Shown here: one piece after another, positions 58,612 to 64,000 of the stretch | Position numbering within the stretch: position 1 is the first letter of the stretch | How the letters are laid out: the number at the start of each line of letters is the position of its first letter | Source: Bradymonadia bacterium | Lineage (GTDB): Bacteria; Myxococcota_A; Bradymonadia; UBA7976; UBA1532 | Length of the DNA stretch: 64,000 bases | NCBI GenBank assembly: GCA_046290225.1 | Contig: JBKAGE010000070.1 | Location: 96,001 to 160,000 of the forward strand | Reading direction: 5' to 3' | Position numbers and translations under genes: made by a program | The notes under the pieces: generated by a model | Seen by the model: the letters and a program-made list of their open reading frames with translations, nothing else | The model's database searches: none | What the model was told of the DNA's origin: nothing

Positions 58612-58660
58612 CTTCTCCTCTTCGTCACAACCAGAGCGGTTGGTCAGGGGAGGTCAGGTC

Positions 58661-60319
58661 ATGTTGAAGCTGGGTCAGATGGTCGTTCTGGGGGGCGCTG
58701 TGGCCCTCGTGGGGTGCGGTGAAGAGGCCAGCGAGTCGATGGTGAATGGTGAGGTTGAGGCCTCGGCCCCTGCCACCATCAAGGGAGAGCCCGGCAAAGC
58801 CGACAGCAGCGCCGAAGCCGTATTCCTCGATTTCGAGTTCGAAGGGCGCGTGATCCTCGACAACCAGTGGGGTCTACAGGCGCAGATCGAGAATCAGATG
58901 CTCTACACCATCGGGCACCTCAACGGGGATCGCTCGGTGGGGCGGCTCGATCGACTCGAACTGAGCAACGTCAGGGCCGAGCGCAAGGATGATCACTATG
59001 AAGTGACCTACACCGCTCAGCTCCCCGTGGCCTGGGGCAAGAAGAACAGCATCCCCGAAACGTATGAGCTCGTACTGCCCGTCGACGGTACCAGCGCCGG
59101 GTACAACGACTTCACCGAAGCCTACATGGGCAGCTGCGTCGACTGGGGGGCCCACGACGTCGACGCTGGGAGCATGTGGTACTACTACCGCCCCAACCGC
59201 AACGGCTGCCGCCTCGACGAGGCCGACGTCTTCAAGACCACGGCCACCATCAGCCCCAACGCCAACCAGACCACTGGCAAGTTCCCCGAGTACGACCGCA
59301 TCTGGGCCGACGACGCGATGAACGTGGTGGCGGTCTTCGGCAAATACAAAGATGACGCCACCCGCGACAGCGACGCAGGCATCAGCGCCTACAACCGCTT
59401 CGTGAGCACAGTGGGCTCCACGTTCACCGGCGACGTGGAGATCACCCCCGCCGAGCTCGCAGAATCAGGGCTGAGCAACCCTGGGGTGGTGCACCCCTAC
59501 GTCACCTTCAACATCAAGCTCGAAGATGGGCGGGCGGTGAACATCCACGCCCTGCTCGTGGACAACGTGCGCACTGCCGGCCCCGAATTCACCGAGCGCT
59601 ACGAGCGCCTGACAGGTGACGCAGATCTGATCTTCTACAACGGCCACGCGGGCCTCGGCGCCAACATCCGCGCCCTCGCGCAGAAGGGCAAGTGGACGCC
59701 GGGTCAGTATTCCGTGGTGTTCATGAACGGCTGTGACACGTACGCCTACGTCGACTCAGCGCTCTGGGACGCCCGGGCCGAGGTGAACCCCGATGATCCC
59801 GAGGGCACACAGCACCTCGACATCATCAGCAACGCCCTGCCCTCGTTCTTCTCCTCGATGAGCAGGACCTCCATGGTCTTGATCAATGCCCTCACCGACA
59901 TCGAGAATCCCAAGACCTACGAAGAGATCTTCGCCGGCATCGATCGCAGCCAGGTGGTGCTGGTGAGCGGCGAGGAAGACAACACCTTCGTGCCCGGTGG
60001 CGCGGTGCCCACCGATGCCGACATGGCCTGGGACGGCTTCACCGCCGACGGCGCGCTGACGCAAGGCGAGGCGGCGCGCTACGAGACCCCAGTGCTCCCC
60101 GAGGGCAAGTACACCTTCGAGCTCATCGGCACCGGCGATGCTGACCTGTACGTACGCATCGGCGAGGCCCCCACGACGAGCACCTTCGACTGCCGCCCCT
60201 ACCGCAGCAACAGCGAAGAAACCTGTACGGTGAGCCTGCCTGCGGCCGCATCAGTGCACGTGATGGTGCGCGGATACCGTGCGTCGAACTTCCACCTCAC
60301 GGCCTACCGCGTGGAGTAA
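58661..60319 (+). CDS. lipoprotein with putative His/Cys (clan CD-like) peptidase domain and C-terminal PPC domain
   Basis: Lipobox LVGC; GKAD motif; FYNGHAG and VFMNGCDT; PPC domain GTGDADLYVR...FDCRPY..NSEETC...HVMVRGY. Confidence 0.75.
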   Translation: MLKLGQMVVLGGAVALVGCGEEASESMVNGEVEASAPATIKGEPGKADSSAEAVFLDFEFEGRVILDNQWGLQAQIENQMLYTIGHLNGDRSVGRLDRLELSNVRAERKDDHYEVTYTAQLPVAWGKKNSIPETYELVLPVDGTSAGYNDFTEAYMGSCVDWGAHDVDAGSMWYYYRPNRNGCRLDEADVFKTTATISPNANQTTGKFPEYDRIWADDAMNVVAVFGKYKDDATRDSDAGISAYNRFVSTVGSTFTGDVEITPAELAESGLSNPGVVHPYVTFNIKLEDGRAVNIHALLVDNVRTAGPEFTERYERLTGDADLIFYNGHAGLGANIRALAQKGKWTPGQYSVVFMNGCDTYAYVDSALWDARAEVNPDDPEGTQHLDIISNALPSFFSSMSRTSMVLINALTDIENPKTYEEIFAGIDRSQVVLVSGEEDNTFVPGGAVPTDADMAWDGFTADGALTQGEAARYETPVLPEGKYTFELIGTGDADLYVRIGEAPTTSTFDCRPYRSNSEETCTVSLPAAASVHVMVRGYRASNFHLTAYRVE

Positions 60320-60339
60320 GAGGCCCTGGCAGGAGCGCC

Positions 60340-60861
60340 TCAACGAAGCGCTCGGGAGAACCCGGAGAAGCCCGCGCCATAGACCAGCACCAGCACCAGA
60401 CCCACCTTGATCATCTCGTCGGGGCTGCGCTCGATGACCAGAGCCATGGCGGTCATCACCCAGCCCACCGCCAGGGCCAGACCACACAGGATCATGCTGA
60501 AGCCGCTCATGGCCCGGCGCGCTCGCGGGAACTCTCGGGTGTTGGTGTTGCTGGCCATATAGAGCATGACCCCCACGATGCCCCCACCGCCGATGAGCAA
60601 CCCTGCAGACACCCGCAAGAACTCCTCGGTGTGTCGCTCCATGAGTCCAAACAGCGCGACGGCGACGGCGATCAGGCAAATGTGAAGACCGAGGGCCCCA
60701 AAGTAGTACAGCACCACTTTGAGGCCCAGCTGTGTGTCTTCGGGCTCTCCGGGTTTGCCCTGGCGCCAGCGTAGGACGAGATAGACCAGGGGCAGAATGG
60801 GCAGCAGGCAATAGAACAGCCACGAAAAGGCCATCATCGACCCATACTCGAAGAACATCAT
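60340..60861 (-). CDS. hypothetical multi-pass membrane protein
   Basis: About five hydrophobic helices; DTQLGLKV motif; SD GGAGG upstream. Confidence 0.7.
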   Translation of the reverse strand: MMFFEYGSMMAFSWLFYCLLPILPLVYLVLRWRQGKPGEPEDTQLGLKVVLYYFGALGLHICLIAVAVALFGLMERHTEEFLRVSAGLLIGGGGIVGVMLYMASNTNTREFPRARRAMSGFSMILCGLALAVGWVMTAMALVIERSPDEMIKVGLVLVLVYGAGFSGFSRALR

Positions 60862-60959
60862 CGCGCCTCCATCCACAGATACCTCCGAAATCAGCTCAGC
60901 TCTCGCCGCTCGATGTGCCGTTCTTGCATTCACCTCCATCACATCGGGACAGTGGTGAG

Positions 60960-61772
60960 ATGCAGCCGACCGCCCCCACAGCAACGTGCGCCGAAGCCGA
61001 CGGGTCTGATCTGGCAGCAGTTTTTCGGGCGCAAGGCTTCGTCATCGTACGCGACGTCTTCACCGCAGGCGAGGTGGCCGTGATGTCGGCGGCCTTCGAT
61101 GATCTGGTGCACACCGCCCGTAGCCTGCCAGCCGACGGCCTCACCAAGGCCATGCACCAGGGCAGTCAGTTCGTGGTCGAGCATGATCCTGCGCTCACAG
61201 GTGGCACGCGCATTCATCGGGTGGTCTGGTGTGGTGCCGCGGCTCCACCCTTGCTCGCACTCGGTGGAGACGCTCGCCTCGTAGATCTCGCCTGTGACTT
61301 GATGGGGGTCGACGCTGTGGATCAGCTCATCAATCAGGCCCACTTCAAACAGCCTGGAGATCGCATCACCTTCCCGTGGCACCAGGACTCAGTGCACCGA
61401 CGCTACGGTACACCGCTGTGGACCGACGTCACCGGTGAAGGCAGCTTTGTGGAGATCGCCACCGCAGTCGATCTGATGGCCCACGACAACGGGCCCCTTC
61501 AAATCGTGCCCCGCTCCCATGTGCAGGGCCACCGCGCCCAGGCGCCGGGTGTAAAACACGTCACCTTGACCCCAGAAGAAGAGGCCCGGGCAGTCTCGGT
61601 GCATCTGCGCCCTGGTGATGTCGTGGCCTTCGGGCCCTATGTGGTGCACGGCAGCGGCACCAACCACAGCCCTCGATGGCGACGGTTGTTTCTCAATGGC
61701 TTCGCCGCTCCTGGCGCCAACAGACGCGACTACCCAGGGGATGGCTCGGGGCGGCGATTGCTCAGAACGTGA
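60960..61772 (+). CDS. phytanoyl-CoA dioxygenase family (Fe/2OG) protein
   Basis: FRAQGFVIV, NQAHFK, WHQD, NGPLQIVPRSH, PGDV..F, VVHGS..N.S..WRR. Confidence 0.88.
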   Translation: MQPTAPTATCAEADGSDLAAVFRAQGFVIVRDVFTAGEVAVMSAAFDDLVHTARSLPADGLTKAMHQGSQFVVEHDPALTGGTRIHRVVWCGAAAPPLLALGGDARLVDLACDLMGVDAVDQLINQAHFKQPGDRITFPWHQDSVHRRYGTPLWTDVTGEGSFVEIATAVDLMAHDNGPLQIVPRSHVQGHRAQAPGVKHVTLTPEEEARAVSVHLRPGDVVAFGPYVVHGSGTNHSPRWRRLFLNGFAAPGANRRDYPGDGSGRRLLRT

Positions 61773-62172
61773 ACAGCACCTGAGCCCACTGCTCATCCTC
61801 AGTGCGTCCCTTGAGCAGCCCCTGCCCAGGGGGCGGATCGAGATCGCAGATGATCGAGTCCCACTGATCTCTGAAGATCGTCTCTGAGGCCTCGTGAGGC
61901 ACCTGATCCCGAAGCTCTTCGGGGATCCAGGCCCAATGCAAAATGCGCGGCCGGTTGCCTGAGGCGGTCAGGGTGAACCAGAACACCTTCTGATCCGGGC
62001 AGTAACGCAATGGCGCGGTGTACTTCGCCATGGCTTTCGCCGAGGTCTCGCTCTTGGCACGGCCCTTGAGCAACGAGAAAACGTGAGCGCCTGCCGCTGA
62101 CTTGGTCGGCGCCAGGAACACAAATCGCTTTGAATAGTGCACGGCCATGAAGGGCACAGGGGTACGGGCCAT
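61762..62172 (-). CDS. hypothetical protein
   Basis: Fills the gap between the PhyH gene and the cyclophilin; protein-like composition; GGGAG SD; no recognised motif. Confidence 0.55.
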   Translation of the reverse strand: MARTPVPFMAVHYSKRFVFLAPTKSAAGAHVFSLLKGRAKSETSAKAMAKYTAPLRYCPDQKVFWFTLTASGNRPRILHWAWIPEELRDQVPHEASETIFRDQWDSIICDLDPPPGQGLLKGRTEDEQWAQVLFTF

Positions 62173-62270
62173 GGGGCGCTCCCGGTGAGTTGCGTGTTGG
62201 CCCTCGGTGGGGCATAAGTGCCGTGACCATACTGCCGACCCCCCTGGCAGTCACCCATAGGAGACACGAT

Positions 62271-62828
62271 ATGTTCGGTCGCAAGAAGCTCTTCGATCCC
62301 CCTGCCATCAACGTGCCCGGCGAAGGCGAGCTGCGGGTGGAGATCAAGACCAACCGGGGCACCCTTGTGGGCCGTCTCTTCGAGAAAGAGGCCCCCAAGA
62401 CCGTGGCCAACTTCGTGGGCCTCGCCATGGGGCAGATCGAGAACACCGCGAAGCCTGCCGGCACGCCCTACTACGACGGCATCATCTTCCACCGCGTGAT
62501 CGCCAACTTCATGGTGCAGGCCGGCTGCCCCGACGGCCGCGGCACCGGCGGCCCCGGCTACGAGATCGCCGACGAGTTCAGCCCCAACCTGCGCCACGAT
62601 CGCCCGGGCATCTTCAGCATGGCCAACCGCGGCCCCAACACCGGCGGCAGCCAGTTCTTCATCACTGAGGTGCCCACCCCACACCTCGACGGTCGTCACG
62701 CGGTCTTCGGTGAGCTGATCGAAGGTCTGGAGCTGCTCCAGGCCATCGCCCGCGAGCCCCAGAACCCCCGCAACAACCGCCCCAACACCGACGTGGTGAT
62801 GGAGCAGGTGCGCATCTACCGCGCCTGA
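62271..62828 (+). CDS. cyclophilin-type peptidyl-prolyl cis-trans isomerase
   Basis: [63 protein letters not shown]. Confidence 0.95.
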   Translation: MFGRKKLFDPPAINVPGEGELRVEIKTNRGTLVGRLFEKEAPKTVANFVGLAMGQIENTAKPAGTPYYDGIIFHRVIANFMVQAGCPDGRGTGGPGYEIADEFSPNLRHDRPGIFSMANRGPNTGGSQFFITEVPTPHLDGRHAVFGELIEGLELLQAIAREPQNPRNNRPNTDVVMEQVRIYRA

Positions 62829-62974
62829 GCCCCACCCTGCCCTCGGCGTATTTAAGCCTCTCAGGATCGGCCCCAGACAAGGGCCTCACCGGGGGCGAAA
62901 AATCCTGCACCGGCTTCCCATCTCTGGTGTCGCTATCTTTGCCGAGCAAAGATTCGCCCCTGGAGGACCCCCTC

Positions 62975-64000
62975 ATGCGCCTCACCCGCACACATATTTC
63001 TCCCCGATTGCTCTCTCTCTGCATCGCCGGCCTCGCCCTCTTCGGGTGTGATGATGGTGGTGGAGACTCCGACGCCGCGGGGGGTGAAGGGGGCGCCTTC
63101 GCTGGTGGTGCCGGTGGCGCAGCAGGTGGCGCTGGCGGAGCAGCGGGTGGTGCCGGCGGGGGTGCGCCTGTGGGCGATGGCTCCACCGCCACCAACTACA
63201 TCGGCCCTGAGGGGGGTGAGATCGAGCTGCCTGGCGCCACCCTGGTGATTCCACAGGGGGCCATGGCCACTCGGCTGATCGTCACCCTCACCGCCACGGA
63301 CCTCCAGCCTGAGGGCCCGTACACGCGTCACAGCGTGGTCTACCGACTCGAGCCCGAAGACGTGGCGCTGGTGCAGCCTGCAGAGATCAGGTTGGAGATC
63401 GACGACGCTCCGGACGATCTGGCGCTCTTCTGGTCAGAATCCATGACCGGCTTCACCCCTGTAGATGATCTGCGCCGCTCTGGTGGCAAGCTCGTGGGCC
63501 GCGTCGAGGCTCTCGGCTATCTCTTCGCAGGGGTTGCAGATCCCGACGCCCCCATGGGCGGCATGGGTGGCGGTGAAGGCGGTATGGGTGGTGGAGAAGG
63601 CGGCTTTGGTGGTGGCGGCGAGGTCATCCCCTCCTGCGCCGAGCTCGACGAGGTCTGGTCTGAAGAGTGGGTGGAGTTCGAGTTCGAGGTGTTGAGGCTC
63701 ACCAATGAGTATCGAGCTCAGGGCTTCAACTGCGATACTCAAGGGGAGTTTGGTCCTGCGGGGCCCCTCGAGTTCAACGCCACCCTGCGGTGCTCCTCGC
63801 GTCTGCACAGCCAGGACATGGCCGACCAGGGCTACTTCGAGCACAACTCCCTCGACGGCCGCACCCCCTTCGACCGTATGCGGGAGGCCGGTTACCAGGG
63901 CGGCTCCATGGGCGAGAACATCGCCGCAGGCCAGCGCACCCCTGAAGAGGTCGTCGCCGGCTGGATGGACTCCGATGGCCACTGCGCCAACATCATGAAC
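62975..64000 (+). CDS. 3'-truncated lipoprotein with Gly linkers, ZU5-like domain and CAP (SCP) domain
   Basis: Manually translated, absent from the ORF track: MRLTR...LFGC-DDGG; IGPEGGEI...LVIPQGA; VLRLTNEYR, HSQDMA..YFEHNS.DG.TPFDRM, GENIAAGQ, GWMDSDGHCANIMN. Confidence 0.88.
   Translation, partial: MRLTRTHISPRLLSLCIAGLALFGCDDGGGDSDAAGGEGGAFAGGAGGAAGGAGGAAGGAGGGAPVGDGSTATNYIGPEGGEIELPGATLVIPQGAMATRLIVTLTATDLQPEGPYTRHSVVYRLEPEDVALVQPAEIRLEIDDAPDDLALFWSESMTGFTPVDDLRRSGGKLVGRVEALGYLFAGVADPDAPMGGMGGGEGGMGGGEGGFGGGGEVIPSCAELDEVWSEEWVEFEFEVLRLTNEYRAQGFNCDTQGEFGPAGPLEFNATLRCSSRLHSQDMADQGYFEHNSLDGRTPFDRMREAGYQGGSMGENIAAGQRTPEEVVAGWMDSDGHCANIMN

Overview
GC-rich, gene-dense bacterial chromosome segment, most likely from a myxobacterium-like deltaproteobacterium (Myxococcota). 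This assignment is an inference from the many Cys-rich lipoproteins with Gly/Met or Asp-Ala-Gly linkers, a MYXO-CTERM-like tail, a GKAD-motif lipoprotein, a Ser/Thr kinase-ATPase and several sigma54 activators. About 55 CDS can be supported. Housekeeping or known functions include zwf-pgl-gnd, fbp, the lysC-lysA fusion, an RluA pseudouridine synthase, a cyclophilin, an AlkZ-like glycosylase, the arsenosugar pair AhpD-like + ArsS, and a YeeE/YedE + persulfide dioxygenase sulfur module. A large share of the window encodes secreted or lipoprotein hydrolases and inhibitors. I found no rRNA, tRNA, CRISPR array, transposase or integrase. The most notable non-obvious signals are: (1) five candidate sigma54 (-24/-12) promoters, including one with phased palindromic enhancer sites that points into a gene-free convergent gap next to a kinase/NtrC-type pair (possible sRNA or antisense RNA); (2) a sensor-less sigma54 activator facing a sulfur operon with a perfect sigma54 promoter; (3) a ~150 nt multi-hairpin element closed by a perfect 15-bp inverted repeat; (4) a modular family of Gly/Met-linker lipoproteins with swappable effector domains; (5) a putative clan CD cysteine protease lipoprotein. 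All functional calls come from motif reading by eye; no searches were run.
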